Source of the DNA: an uncultured Solirubrobacterales bacterium
GTDB lineage: Bacteria; Actinomycetota; Thermoleophilia; Solirubrobacterales; 70-9
Length of the DNA stretch: 64,000 bases
Reading direction: 5' to 3'
NCBI GenBank assembly: GCA_963778715.1
Contig: CAVZVK010000005.1
Coordinates: forward strand, 2,698 to 66,697
Notes under the pieces: model-generated
Told to the model about the DNA's origin: nothing
Databases searched by the model: none
Seen by the model: only the letters and a program-made list of their open reading frames with translations
In this document: positions 18,732-28,765 of the stretch, piece by piece
How positions within the stretch are numbered: the first letter of the stretch is position 1
Layout of the letters: each line of letters starts with the position of its first letter
Program-made: the position numbers and the translations under genes

Positions 18732-19466
18732 TTGAAGCCGGTTGCTACCGCCTCGGCCTCACTCCTGATCTGGGTCTGCGCTGCCATGCAGCTGGGCGGG
18801 CCCGCATTCGCCGGGCCGAACAGCCTTCGACCCAGAGGGGATGCGAGCAACGTGCCACGACCACGGATCACGCGGCGGCTGATCCCATTCCCACCCAAGC
18901 GCAAGCGGCAGATGATGGCCTACTCGGAGCGGCACTACGGGGAACACACTTGGCGGCTGCGGCACCCGCGGATGATCGTCGAGCACTGGGCGGAAACGGG
19001 CAGTGCTTCGGCCGTCTACAACACGTTCGCGCCTGACACACCCGATCCGGAGCTGCATGAGCTGCCCAATGTCTGCGCGCATTTCGTCGTCTCGGGGGAC
19101 GGGCGCATCAATCAGCTGGTCTCGACGCGGATTCGCTGCCGGCACACGGTCGGGCTCAACTGGACGGCGATCGGGATCGAGCACACTGGTTTCAGCGACG
19201 GCGAAGTGCTGGGCGATCGGCGGCAGATGCATGCGTCGCTGCGGCTGACGCGATATTTGCGCTGTCGCTTTCAGATCCGGATCCGCAACGTGATCGGCCA
19301 CGCGGAGAGCCTCTCCTCGCCCTACCACCGCGAGCGCGTGCGGAGCCTGCGGACGCAGACGCACGGTGACTGGCGGCATCGGTCGATGCAGACGTACCGG
19401 CGGCAGCTTTGCCATCTTGGCTCCTGCTCAGGCCGAGATGATCGACAGGCCCAGCCCCGCGGCTGA
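18732..19466 (+). CDS. N-acetylmuramoyl-L-alanine amidase (Amidase_2/PGRP-like), probably secreted
   Basis: ORF 18672..19466. Signal-like KPVATASASLLIWVCAAMQLGGPAFA. Then AHFVVSGDGRINQLV, TVGLNWTAIGIEHTG and NVIGHAE. The start is uncertain; TTG 18732 is proposed because upstream codons lie in the island repeat. Confidence 0.65.
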   Translation: MKPVATASASLLIWVCAAMQLGGPAFAGPNSLRPRGDASNVPRPRITRRLIPFPPKRKRQMMAYSERHYGEHTWRLRHPRMIVEHWAETGSASAVYNTFAPDTPDPELHELPNVCAHFVVSGDGRINQLVSTRIRCRHTVGLNWTAIGIEHTGFSDGEVLGDRRQMHASLRLTRYLRCRFQIRIRNVIGHAESLSSPYHRERVRSLRTQTHGDWRHRSMQTYRRQLCHLGSCSGRDDRQAQPRG

Positions 19467-19499
19467 GCCAAGGCTTGGCGGCGACGCCATCTGGGTACC

Positions 19500-20105
19500 G
19501 TGACCCGCATGGAAGAGGTGATCGACGGCGTATTCCACTGGAAGGCGATCCATCCGCGGATCGAAGCCGAGGTGGGCTGTCATTTCGTGCCGGGGTCCGG
19601 CACGCTGATCGACCCGCTGGTACCGGACGAGGGGATCGAGTGGTTCGACGGCCGCGGTGTGCAGCGCGTCGTCCTCTCCACTCGCCACCACCTGCGCCAC
19701 GCACCGCGCTTCGCCGAGCGCTTCGGCTGTCCCATCCTCTGCCACGAGTCGGGCCTCTACGAGTTCGAGGGCGACCCGGACGTCGACGGCTTCGCCTTCG
19801 GCGACCGGCTCGCCGAGGACGTGGTCGCGCTCGAGATGGACTCGATCTCCCCCGACGACACGGTTCTCCAGATCGAAACCGGAGGCGGCGCGCTGCTCTT
19901 CGCCGACAGCCTCATCCACTACGACGCCGTCGGCTTCGTCCCGGACCGATTGATCGGCGACGACCCCGAGGGGGTCAAGCGCAGCATCCGCGCCCGCGCC
20001 GGCGAGCTGCTCCAGGAGCGTTTCGAGCACCTCCTCTTCGCCCATGGCGACCCCCTGCTCGGCGAAGGCCGCGAGGCGCTGCGGGGAATCGCCAGGGGCC
20101 ATTGA
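19500..20105 (+). CDS. hypothetical protein, possible metallo-beta-lactamase-fold
   Basis: 201-aa uninterrupted ORF. VVLSTRHHLRH and LLFAHGDP are only loosely MBL-like, so the family call is weak. Confidence 0.4.
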   Translation: MTRMEEVIDGVFHWKAIHPRIEAEVGCHFVPGSGTLIDPLVPDEGIEWFDGRGVQRVVLSTRHHLRHAPRFAERFGCPILCHESGLYEFEGDPDVDGFAFGDRLAEDVVALEMDSISPDDTVLQIETGGGALLFADSLIHYDAVGFVPDRLIGDDPEGVKRSIRARAGELLQERFEHLLFAHGDPLLGEGREALRGIARGH

Positions 20106-20536
20106 TCTACCTGCTGCGACACGGGGACGCCGAGGACGGCAGCGGCGGCGACGCGGCCCGGCGCCTGACACCGAAGGGAGAGCGGCAGGCCGCAGCCGCA
20201 GGGCAGGCGCTGGATGCGCTCAACGCCGAGATCGACGCCTGCCTGACCAGTCCCAAGCTGCGGGCGGCGGACACTGCCCGGCTCGCCTGCCAGGCACTTG
20301 GCCTAGAGCTCGAGGCCACCGAGGAGCTGCGCGGCGGCCGCTTCGACTCGCTCGTCCTCTCCGCCGGCCGCGGCAACGTCCTCCTCGTCGGCCACGAGCC
20401 CGACTTCTCCGGCGAGGTCGCCCGTCTCACCGGAGCCAACGTGAAGCTGCGCAAGGGCGGCCTGGCGATCGTCGAGGGCAGCACCCTGCTGGCGCTGCTG
20501 CGACCGAAGGACCTCACCCGGATCGCCGCCGGCTGA
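20102..20536 (+). CDS. sixA: phosphohistidine phosphatase SixA-like (histidine phosphatase superfamily)
   Basis: TTG 20102 overlaps the upstream stop. IYLLRHGDAE...RLTPKGERQA...LLVGHEPDFS, in the lower part of ORF 19475..20536. Confidence 0.7.
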   Translation: MIYLLRHGDAEDGSGGDAARRLTPKGERQAAAAGQALDALNAEIDACLTSPKLRAADTARLACQALGLELEATEELRGGRFDSLVLSAGRGNVLLVGHEPDFSGEVARLTGANVKLRKGGLAIVEGSTLLALLRPKDLTRIAAG

Positions 20537-20630
20537 CGGCCGAGGACGTTTGCCGCAGTAGCTGGCATTTCGCCAAGCGTCGAGTAGGGTCGTACTCGAC
20601 CAGTACGCGGCAGGGAGAAAAGAGGGTTGC

Positions 20631-21168
20631 ATGGCCTACGAAATGGAGATCCGGGGAAGTCAGGATCGCGTCAAGATCCGCAGCCCATGGGCGGCGGCGC
20701 TGCTGCCGATCATCACCCTGGGGATCTACCACCTGGTCTGGTGGTACCGGATCAATCGCGAGCTGCGCGACTACGGCAAGGCCAAGGGCTTCGACCTCGG
20801 ACAGAACCCGACCAACTCGGTGCTCGCCCTCTTCCCGGGCGGGCTCATCATCGTCCCCGCCTTGATCACCTACTGGCGCGGCACCAAGCGGGTCATGGGC
20901 GCCTCCAAGGTCGGCGGCCAAGAGCCGCTCAACGGCTGGATCGCGATCCTGCTCTACCTCTTCATCGCACCCGGGCCTCTGGGCCTACATCCAGGTCTCG
21001 CTGAACAGCCTCTGGCAGGCTGAGGCGGACGCGATCGAGGGCCTGCCGGCGCCGCCGGAGCCGAGCGACCAGATGCCGCCGCCGCTCCCCCAGGAGCCGG
21101 CCGCGACCGAGCCGCCCCCGGCGGACCCGCCGCCCGTCGATCCGCCGCCAGCGGGGCCAACAGCCTGA
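20631..21168 (+). pseudogene. DUF4234-type membrane protein with a Pro-rich tail, one apparent frameshift near 20975
   Basis: LLPIITLGIYHLVWWYRINRELRDYG (ORF 20631..21023). A +1 frame continues YIQVSLNSLWQAEADAIEGLPAPPEP... to TGA at 21166..21168. Confidence 0.6.
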
Positions 21169-21178
21169 TCGGAGTCCC

Positions 21179-21598
21179 GTGAAGCAGCGCGTCAACCTGA
21201 TCACCCTCGGAGTGGGCGATCTCGGGCGGGCGCGCCGCTTCTACGAAGCGCTGGGCTGGACGACCGGCGCTGCCGAGGACGACGACGTCGTCTTCTTCCA
21301 AGCCGGCGAGATGATCGTCGCGCTCTGGGACCGCGCTCGCCTCGCCGCGGACAGCTGCGTCGAGGACTCCGGCGGCTGGGGCGGCACGACGCTGGCGCTC
21401 AACCTCGGCTCGCGGCCCGAGGTCGACGCGGTGATCGAGGAGGCCCGCGGCGCCGGCGCGACGATCGGCCGCGAGCCGGCCGAGACCTTCTGGGGTGGCT
21501 ACAGTGGCGTCTTCGTCGACCCCGACGGCAACCCCTGGGAGGTCGCCCACAACCCGCACTGGACGATCACCGAGGACGGCGGCGTCAGACTCTCTTGA
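21179..21598 (+). CDS. VOC/glyoxalase-family protein
   Basis: 139-aa ORF. NLITLGVGDLGRARRFYEALGW...GYSGVFVDPDGNPWEVAHNP. Confidence 0.8.
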   Translation: MKQRVNLITLGVGDLGRARRFYEALGWTTGAAEDDDVVFFQAGEMIVALWDRARLAADSCVEDSGGWGGTTLALNLGSRPEVDAVIEEARGAGATIGREPAETFWGGYSGVFVDPDGNPWEVAHNPHWTITEDGGVRLS

Positions 21599-21599
21599 C

Positions 21600-22389
21600 G
21601 TGGTCAACCGCGTCCACCTCAACCTGATCGACAGCTCACGGCAGCTGTTCGAGCTCGATCCCGACGCCACCGTCGAGGCCGGCCCCGGCTGGGTCTTCGG
21701 CGCCGGCAGCCCTGAGCATCCGGTGATCTCGAACGCGGCCTTCCGCAACGACGATAGCCTTGACGCCGAGGAGTTCGTCGCTCGCGCCAAGAGCTTCTTC
21801 GCCAAACGAGGGCGCGGCTTCAGCGTCTGGGTCCGCGGCGATCAGCCGGAGGACCGCGACCTGCTCGCCGCCGCCGAGGCCGCCGGGCTCCAGTTCGTCT
21901 ACGAGATGCCGGAGATGGTCCTCAAGGCGCCGGTCGACCCACCGCGCCGGGCTGCTGGCGCAGAGATCCGCAGGCTGACCGAGGTCGAGCAGGTCGACGA
22001 CTACTGGGAGATCGCCGCCGCCTCCTACGCCAGCCTCGGCTTCCCGCCCGAGGTCTTCGGCAGCTACGGCAACCGCGCCGGGCTGCTCGGCCGAGAACGT
22101 CGCCGCCTTCCTCGCCTACCTCGACGGCGAGCCGGTCAGCATCGCGATGACGATCGTCAGCCACGGCGTCGCCGGCATCTACTGGGTCGGCAGCCTCGAG
22201 CGGGCGCGCGGCAAGGGGCTCGGCGAGGCGACGACCGCCGCCGCGACCAACGCCGGCTTCGAGCTGGGCGCCGACCTCGCCTCGCTGCAGGCCTCGCCGA
22301 TGGGCAAGCCGATCTACGAGCGCATGGGCTACGAGACCCTCTTCGACTACCGGCTCTATATGTCGGCCCCGCCTTCCACAGATCGCTAG
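21600..22389 (+). pseudogene. GNAT-family N-acetyltransferase, one apparent frameshift near 22090
   Basis: The N-terminal part lies in ORF 21495..23291. The C-terminal part is ORF 22147..22389 with GVAGIYWVGSLERARGKGLGEATTAAATN...YERMGYE. Confidence 0.7.
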
Positions 22390-22409
22390 CCGGCTCTAAC
22401 ATCGAAACC

Positions 22410-23291
22410 GTGCCCCAGGTAGCCGCAGAGAACGAGGAGGCGCTCGAAGCCTGGGACGGCGTCCTCTTCGACCGCTTCCTCCGCTTCCGGGACATCGTCA
22501 CCGACGGCCTCGGCGCCCACGGCGAGGCGGCGCTCGCGGCCCATCCGCCCCGGCCGGGAGAGCGCGTGCTCGACATCGGCTGCGGCTTCGGCGACACCAG
22601 CCGGCGGATCGCCGAGCTGGTAGGCAAGTCGGGCTCGGTGCTCGGCGTCGACGTCGCTCCCCGCTTCATCGAGCTGGCCCAGCAGGAGGCCGAGTGCGCC
22701 GCGCTGGCCAACGTCAGCTTCGATGTCCGCGACGTGCAGGTGACCACGTTCGAGGACCGCTTCGACTACGCCTTCGCTCGCTTCGGCACGATGTTCTTCG
22801 CCAGCCCGGTGGCGGCGATGCGCAACGTGCGCGAGGCGATGACGCCCGGCGGCCGCCTCTGCATCGTCGTCTGGCGGCGCAAGCTCGACAACGAGTGGCT
22901 GCACCGGGCCGAGAAGGTGGTCGACGAGTACCTCGAGGAGCCGGAGGAGACCGACGAGCCCACCTGCGGCCCCGGTCCCTTCTCGATGGCCAACGCCGAC
23001 ACCACCAGCGACATCCTCCAGGGCGCCGGCTTCGTCGACGTGGAGCTGCGCCGCTGCGACATCCCGATCAAGATCGGGAACGACCTCGACCACGCGGTCG
23101 AGTTCGCCACCGCGATCGGCCCAGCAGGCGAGTTGATCCGCCTTGTCGGCGACGAAGCGGAGCAGATCAGGCCCACGATCGAGGCCTCCCTGCGCGAGGC
23201 CCTGGCCGAGTTCGTCGGCCCCGACGGCGTCATCGCCGACGCTTCGACCTGGATCGTCAGCGCTAGAGCGCCTCAAGCCGCGTCCGCATAG
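22410..23291 (+). CDS. class I SAM-dependent methyltransferase
   Basis: GTG 22410 within ORF 21495..23291. SAM motif RVLDIGCGFGDTS, then GGRLCIVVW. Confidence 0.8.
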   Translation: MPQVAAENEEALEAWDGVLFDRFLRFRDIVTDGLGAHGEAALAAHPPRPGERVLDIGCGFGDTSRRIAELVGKSGSVLGVDVAPRFIELAQQEAECAALANVSFDVRDVQVTTFEDRFDYAFARFGTMFFASPVAAMRNVREAMTPGGRLCIVVWRRKLDNEWLHRAEKVVDEYLEEPEETDEPTCGPGPFSMANADTTSDILQGAGFVDVELRRCDIPIKIGNDLDHAVEFATAIGPAGELIRLVGDEAEQIRPTIEASLREALAEFVGPDGVIADASTWIVSARAPQAASA

Positions 23292-23308
23292 CTGACTGGC
23301 CAGTCAGC
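23291..23308. promoter_or_regulatory. perfect 18-bp palindrome GCTGACTGGCCAGTCAGC
   Basis: Read directly. It starts on the last base of the methyltransferase stop codon, 63 bp upstream of the next gene. Operator or loop-less terminator stem. Confidence 0.35.
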
Positions 23309-23370
23309 CAGCGCCAGATCCATATAGCCTCCCGGGCCGACTTTACGAACTAGAAGGAGAACGCAGACTG

Positions 23371-24201
23371 ATGGGACTTCTCGATGGGAAAGCGGCGATC
23401 GTCACCGGCTCGGCGCGCGGGATCGGCCGGGCGACCGCCGAGCTGTTCGCCAGCGAGGGCGCCAAGGTTCTGATCAACGACCTCGACGCCGACGTCGCCG
23501 AGCAGGCGGCGGGCGAGATCGACGGCGAGACCGCCGTCCACGCCGGCGACCTGACGCAACCCGAGGCCGCCGACAAGCTCGTCGCCGCCGGGGTCGACGC
23601 CTTCGGCGCCGTCGACATCGTCGTCAACAACGCCGGCTACACCTGGGACGGCGTCGCCCACCGGATGACCGACGAGCAGTTCCAGGCGATGCTCGACATC
23701 CACACGGTCGTGCCCTTCCGCGTCGCCCGGGCGCTCGCGCCCCACTGGCGCGAGGCGGCCAAGGCCGAGCGCGGCGAAGACAAGGAGGTCTTCCGCAAGC
23801 TGATCAACATCTCCTCGACCTCGGGGACGATGGGCAACGCCGGCCAGGTCAACTACTCGGCGGCGAAGATGGCCGTCGTCGGCCTGACCAAAACCCTCGC
23901 CAAGGAGTGGGGCCAGTTCAAGATCAACGTCAACGCGGTCGCCTTCGGCTTCGTCGAAACCCGCCTCACCGCCGCCAAGGAGGAGGGTGGAGAGATGACC
24001 ACCCCGGGTGGCGAGAAGATCGAGCTCGGCATCCCCGAGCAGATGCGGGCGATGGCCTCGGCGATCATCCCGCTCGGCCGTCCCGCCACGCCCGAGGAGG
24101 CCTCCGGCCCGGTCCTCTTCCTCGCCTCGCCGCTGGCCAACTACGTGCACGGCCAGGTGCTCAACGTCACCGGCGGCATGTTCGGGGGGATGTACACCTG
24201 A
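23371..24201 (+). CDS. SDR-family oxidoreductase (FabG-like)
   Basis: 276-aa ORF preceded by AGGAGA. AIVTGSARGIGRA, NNAG and YSAAKMAVVGLTK. Confidence 0.88.
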   Translation: MGLLDGKAAIVTGSARGIGRATAELFASEGAKVLINDLDADVAEQAAGEIDGETAVHAGDLTQPEAADKLVAAGVDAFGAVDIVVNNAGYTWDGVAHRMTDEQFQAMLDIHTVVPFRVARALAPHWREAAKAERGEDKEVFRKLINISSTSGTMGNAGQVNYSAAKMAVVGLTKTLAKEWGQFKINVNAVAFGFVETRLTAAKEEGGEMTTPGGEKIELGIPEQMRAMASAIIPLGRPATPEEASGPVLFLASPLANYVHGQVLNVTGGMFGGMYT

Positions 24202-24683
24202 TGTCCCAGGCGGCAGGTGACAGGCGTCCGCCCCGCTACCTCGACGTGGCGGACCGGATCTGGCCTGTCACCCGTCGCTTCATGGGCCTGCACACCGCTC
24301 TCTACAAGGCGAGCGGCGGGCGGCTCGGCCACCAGGTGCCCGGGGGCCCGGGCAAGATGCTGCTGCTCGACCACGTCGGGGCGAAGAGCGGCACCAAGCG
24401 CACCTCGCCGCTGCTCTACTTCAGGGACGGCGAGGACCTCGTGGTCGTCGCCTCCAAGGGCGGCTTCCCCAAGCACCCGGCCTGGTTCCACAACCTGATG
24501 GCCAACCCCGACACGACGGTGCAGGTCGGCCCGCAGCACAGCAAGGTCCACGCCCGCGTCGCCAAGCCCGAGGAGCGCGAGCGCCTCTGGAAGCTGGCCG
24601 TCAAGGCATACCGCGGCTACGCCGACTACCAGGCCCGCAGCAAGGGCCGCGAAATCCCGCTGGTCATCCTCGAGCCGCGCTGA
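24201..24683 (+). CDS. deazaflavin(F420)-dependent nitroreductase-family protein (DUF385 type)
   Basis: ATG 24201 overlaps the upstream TGA. LLLDHVGAKSGTKRTSPLLYFRDGEDLVVVASKGGFPKHPAWFHNLMANP, in the lower part of ORF 23907..24683. Confidence 0.8.
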   Translation: MSQAAGDRRPPRYLDVADRIWPVTRRFMGLHTALYKASGGRLGHQVPGGPGKMLLLDHVGAKSGTKRTSPLLYFRDGEDLVVVASKGGFPKHPAWFHNLMANPDTTVQVGPQHSKVHARVAKPEERERLWKLAVKAYRGYADYQARSKGREIPLVILEPR

Positions 24684-24686
24684 GAG

Positions 24687-24787
24687 TAGGGGCACGGCCC
24701 CCTCTCCCAGAGGCTTCGCAACCACGCCCCGCACCGAGGCAAACGATCTGCTGCGCAACGGCCTCTGGGAGAGGGGGCCGTGCCCTA
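24687..24787. terminator. long inverted repeat (24-bp perfect stem, 46-nt loop) between convergent genes
   Basis: GGCACGGCCCCCTCTCCCAGAGGC at 24691..24714 pairs with GCCTCTGGGAGAGGGGGCCGTGCC at 24761..24784. The right arm runs into the stop codon of the minus-strand SDR. Confidence 0.5.
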
Positions 24788-25641
24788 CTTCGGCTGCCGC
24801 TCCTCGGCGACCGGCTCGCCGGACTCGCTCGGCGATCGCCTCCGGGGGCCACGGCCCGGCCCAGTTGTCGCGGGCGCCGTCGATCGTGATCGTCGTGCCG
24901 GAGAAGAAGTCGCCGGCGGGCGAGGCGAGGTAGGCGACCAGCCAGGCCATCTCCTCGGCGCGGCCGGCGCGGCCGATCGGGATCGAGCGCTCGAGGTTGT
25001 CGACGACGACCTGCGGATACTTGGTCAGCAGCGTCTCGGTGGCGAACTGGCCGGCGGCGAGGGCGCAGGTCTTGATCCCGAAGCGCGCCCACTCGATCGC
25101 CAGCGTCCGCATCATGTTCTCGACCGCGGCGCGGGCGGCGCCGGAGTGGACCATTCCCGGCATGCCGTGGTGGGGCGAGAGGGTGACGCTGAGCACCTTG
25201 CCGCCGCCCTGCGGGATGAAGGCCTTGGTCGCGGCGGCGTGGGTCATCAGCCAGGTGCCCTGGACGTTGAGCTCGATCACAGTGCGGAAGCCTTTCGGGG
25301 TGATCGTCTCGGCCGGGGCGAGGAACTGGCCGCCGGCGTTGTTGACGAGGACGTCGAGCCGGCCGTGGCGCTCGAGCACGCCGTCGAAGAAGCGGTCGAC
25401 CGCCTCCTCGTCGCGGATGTCGAGCGCCTCGTGCTCGAAGGTGCCCGCAAGGCCCTCCGCCAGCCCCGCGGTCTCGGCCAGCGGCTCCTCGCGGCGCCCG
25501 CAGCCGATCACGGCGGCGCCGAGGCGCGCCAGCTCCAGCGCCGTCTCGCGCCCGAGGCCGCTGCCGGCGCCGGAGACGACGCAGACCTGCCCGTCGAGCA
25601 GGTCCGGCCCTGAAGATGCGCGAATGCCCGCTGTCAGCCAT
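24785..25641 (-). pseudogene. SDR-family oxidoreductase, about 2 apparent frameshifts
   Basis: ATG at 25641. QVCVVSGAGSGLGRETA, VNNAGGQF and ITIDGARDNW in ORF 24141..25721. A shifted frame ends ...EPVAEERQPK with TAG at 24785..24787. Confidence 0.75.
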
Positions 25642-25688
25642 GCGCGCGCAAGCCTATATACGGACGCTCGCCGGTAACCTGAGCGGCG

Positions 25689-26605
25689 ATGAAGGTGCGC
25701 GTAGAGGCGAAACCGCTGCACGAGCCGCTGGCCGGCGGCACCCCGGGCGCCACGGTCACGGTCGAGCCGATCGTCGCCGGCACGGTCACCTGGCCGCGGA
25801 CGATGATGGAACGGCCCGGGCGGGCGCTTCGAGACGCTGAAGCTGGCTGCGCGCGCTGCTCAGCGGCAAGCCGGCCGCGACGGTGCCGGTCCCCTGCCTT
25901 CCTGATCCGCCACCCCAGCGCCGGCGCGATCCTCGTCGACACCGGCCTGCACCCCTCGATCGCCACCGACGGCAAGGAGAACTTCGGCGGCCTCGGCGGC
26001 GCGCTTCGGCAACCCGGCCCTCGAGCCGGCGAAGACGTGCCCGCGCAGCTGCGCGAGCGCGGCCTCGACCCCGGCGAGATCCCGATCGTCGTGATGACCC
26101 ACATGCACATCGACCACACCTCGGCGATCTCCGAGTTCCCCAGCTCGACCTTCGTCCTCAGCGAGACCGAGTGGGAGGCGCCGCGACCGGCGGCCGAGCC
26201 CGCTGCTCAACGGCTACCGGCGCCCCCACTTCGACTACGCCTTCGACTACCGCACGGTCGACTTCGACCGCGGCGGGATCGACTCCTACGCGAGCTTCGG
26301 CCGCTGCTTCGACCTCTTCGGCGACGGCTCGATCCGGCTCGCCTTCACCCCCGGCCACAGCGCCGGCCACATGTCGGTGATCTGCCCACCTGAAGGAGCG
26401 CGACTTCGTGATCGGCGGCGACGCCACCTACACCAAGGCCCAGCTCGACGGCGACGCGCCGCTGGCGCCGCGCCCCTTCGACGCCCACAACTACCGCCGC
26501 TCGCTGCAGGAGCTGAAGCTGTTCCGCCGCGAGTACCCCGACGCGATCGTCACCCCGGGCCACGACGCCGAGTTCTACGCCGGGCTCAGCGCCCGCTACG
26601 AGTAA
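25689..26605 (+). pseudogene. metallo-beta-lactamase-fold hydrolase (AHL-lactonase-like), about 3-4 apparent frameshifts
   Basis: FLIRHPSAGAILVDTG and HxHxDH as VVMTHMHIDHTSA (ORF 25689..26393). Then RLAFTPGHSAGHMSV and DAIVTPGHDAEFY (ORFs 25883..26380 and 26408..26605). Confidence 0.75.
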
Positions 26606-27297
26606 CGAGCCCCGCGTACATCTCGCGCACCGGGACGAAGATCTGCTCGGCGACCTCGAGCTGGCGCTCGCGGCTCGGCCCCTCCTCGTGCGGGAAGGAG
26701 AGCGGCTCGCCGAACTGGACGGTGACCTTGGGGAAGCGGAAGCGCTTCCAGCGCCGCACCTTCTCCGAGCCATGGATCGCGACCGGCACGACGGGCGCGC
26801 CCGATTCGAGCGCGATACGGCCGATCCCCGGCTTGACCTCTTTCAGCTTGCCGCTGCGCGAGCGCCCGCCCTCGGCGTAGACGAGCAGCATTTCTCCCTG
26901 CTCGAGCAGCGTGAAGGCGGTCTTGAACGACTCCTCGTCGCGGTGGCCGCGGCGGACCGGGAAGACGCCGCCGTGCTTGTAGATGTAGGTGAGGACGGGA
27001 GGGCCGAACATCTGCGACTTGGCCATGAAGCGGACCTTGCGCCGCAACAGGTAGAGGCCGATGAAGAAGTGGTCCATCTGGCTGAAGTGGTTGGGGGCGA
27101 GGATCAGCGGCGCCCTCGCGCGGCACGTTCTCGACCCCGATCGCCCGCACCCGGTAGATCAGCAGGGTCGGCAGCGAGACGAGGATGCGGACAAAGGTGT
27201 AGGTCCAGCCGACCCCCTTGCGCGCCGAGGCGTGGAACTGGTCGAAGTACTCCGCCGGACGGTCGTCCTTGTAGACCTGTGGCTTCATGCCGGTCAT
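26586..27297 (-). pseudogene. plsC: 1-acyl-sn-glycerol-3-phosphate acyltransferase (PlsC family), one apparent frameshift near 27100
   Basis: MTGMKPQ...IGVENVPREG (ORF 26596..27297), then APNHFSQMD, VFPVRRG, VYAEGGRS and VPVAIHG (ORF 26586..27077). Confidence 0.8.
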
Positions 27298-28765
27298 GAA
27301 GTGCGACGGCCTCGGCCCCGACGAGCCGACGGTCCCAGCCCGCCGCGGCGCCAGCCGCTCCAGCAGTTGCTCGCGCTCATCCTCACGCCATCGCCGGCTC
27401 GTAGCGCGCCGCCTCGCGCCACATCTCCCCCACCTGCTCCAGGGTCCAGCGGCCGGTGGCGATCCCGGCCAGGTAGGCGGCGCCCAGCGCGGTCGTCTCG
27501 GCGATCTCGGGTACGACTACCTCGGCGCCGAGCACGTCGGCCTGAAACTGCATCAGCCAGCGGTTGGCGACAGCACCGCCGTCTGCCTTCAGCACCGCAA
27601 GCCGCTCGCCGGAGGCGGCCTCCTGAGCCCGCACCGCGTCGACCGTCTGGTAGGCGATCGCCTCCAGCGCCGCACGCGCCAGGTGGGCCCGGCCACTGCC
27701 GCGGGTGAGGCCGACGATCGTGCCCCGCGCGTAGGGATCCCAGTGCGGCGAGCCGAGGCCGGTCAGCGCCGGGACGAAGTAGACCCCGTCATTGCCGTCG
27801 AGCGAGGCTGCGAGCGCCTCGCTCTCCTCGGCCCGCTCGATCACCCCCAACCCGTCGCGCAGCCACTGCACCGCCGCCCCGGTGACGAAGATCGAGGCCT
27901 CTAGCGCGTATGCGGGCGCCTCGTCGGTGCCGCAGGCCACCGTCGCCAGCAGGCCCTCGACCGGCGCCGGCGCCTCGGCGCCCGTGTGGAGGAGGACGAA
28001 GCTGCCGGTGCCGTAGGTGTTCTTGGCCGTCCCCGCCCGGTGGCAGGCCTGGCCGAAGAGGGCGGCCTGCTGGTCGCCGGCGATCCCGGCAACCGGCACC
28101 TCGCCGCCGAAGACGCTGGTCGTCCCGTAGACATGGGCGGAAGGCAACGGCTCGGGCAGCTGCGCCGGCGTCGACGCCGAACAGCGCGCACAGCTCCTCG
28201 TCCCAGCGCAGGCGGCCGATGTCGAACAGCATCGTCCGCGAGGCGTTGGTGTGGTCGGTCGCGTGGCGGCCGGTGAGCTTGAACAGCAGCCAGGATCGAT
28301 CGTGCCGAAGGCGCCCGCTCGGCTCCCTCGACGTTGCGCACGCAGCCACTCGATCTTGGTCGCCGAGAAGTAGGGGTCGAGGACGAGGCCGGTGCGCTCG
28401 CGGACCAGCGGCTCGTGACCGGCGGCGCGCAGCTCCGCGCAGCGCTCGGCGGTGCGCCGGTCCTGCCAGACCAGGGCGCGATGCAGCGGCTCGCCGCTTG
28501 CCGGGTCCCAGGCGACGACCGTCTCGCGCTGGTTGGTGATCCCGATCCCATCCAGGTCCGCCCCCTGGATGCCGGCGTCGACGATCGCCTGCGCCGCGAC
28601 CTGCCGGGTAACGTCCCAGATTTCGGCGGCGTCGTGCTCGACCCAGCCCGGCCGCGGGAAGTGCTGCTCGAACTCCGAGTAGGCGCGGCCGGCGATCCGC
28701 CCCTCGCGGTCGAAGACAAGGCAGGTCGTGCCCGTCGTCCCCTGGTCGATCGCAAGAATGCTCAA
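27294..28765 (-). pseudogene. glpK: glycerol kinase, at least 3 apparent frameshifts
   Basis: TTG at 28765. [48 protein letters not shown] and LKADGGAVANRWLMQFQADVLG (ORF 27383..29059). The C-terminal tail probably shifts frame to a TGA that overlaps the plsC ATG. Confidence 0.85.

Noticed and set aside
24141-25721. 526-aa minus-strand ORF
   Set aside because: Only about 24785..25641 encodes the SDR. The lower part is antisense to the F420-type nitroreductase gene and crosses the large inverted repeat.
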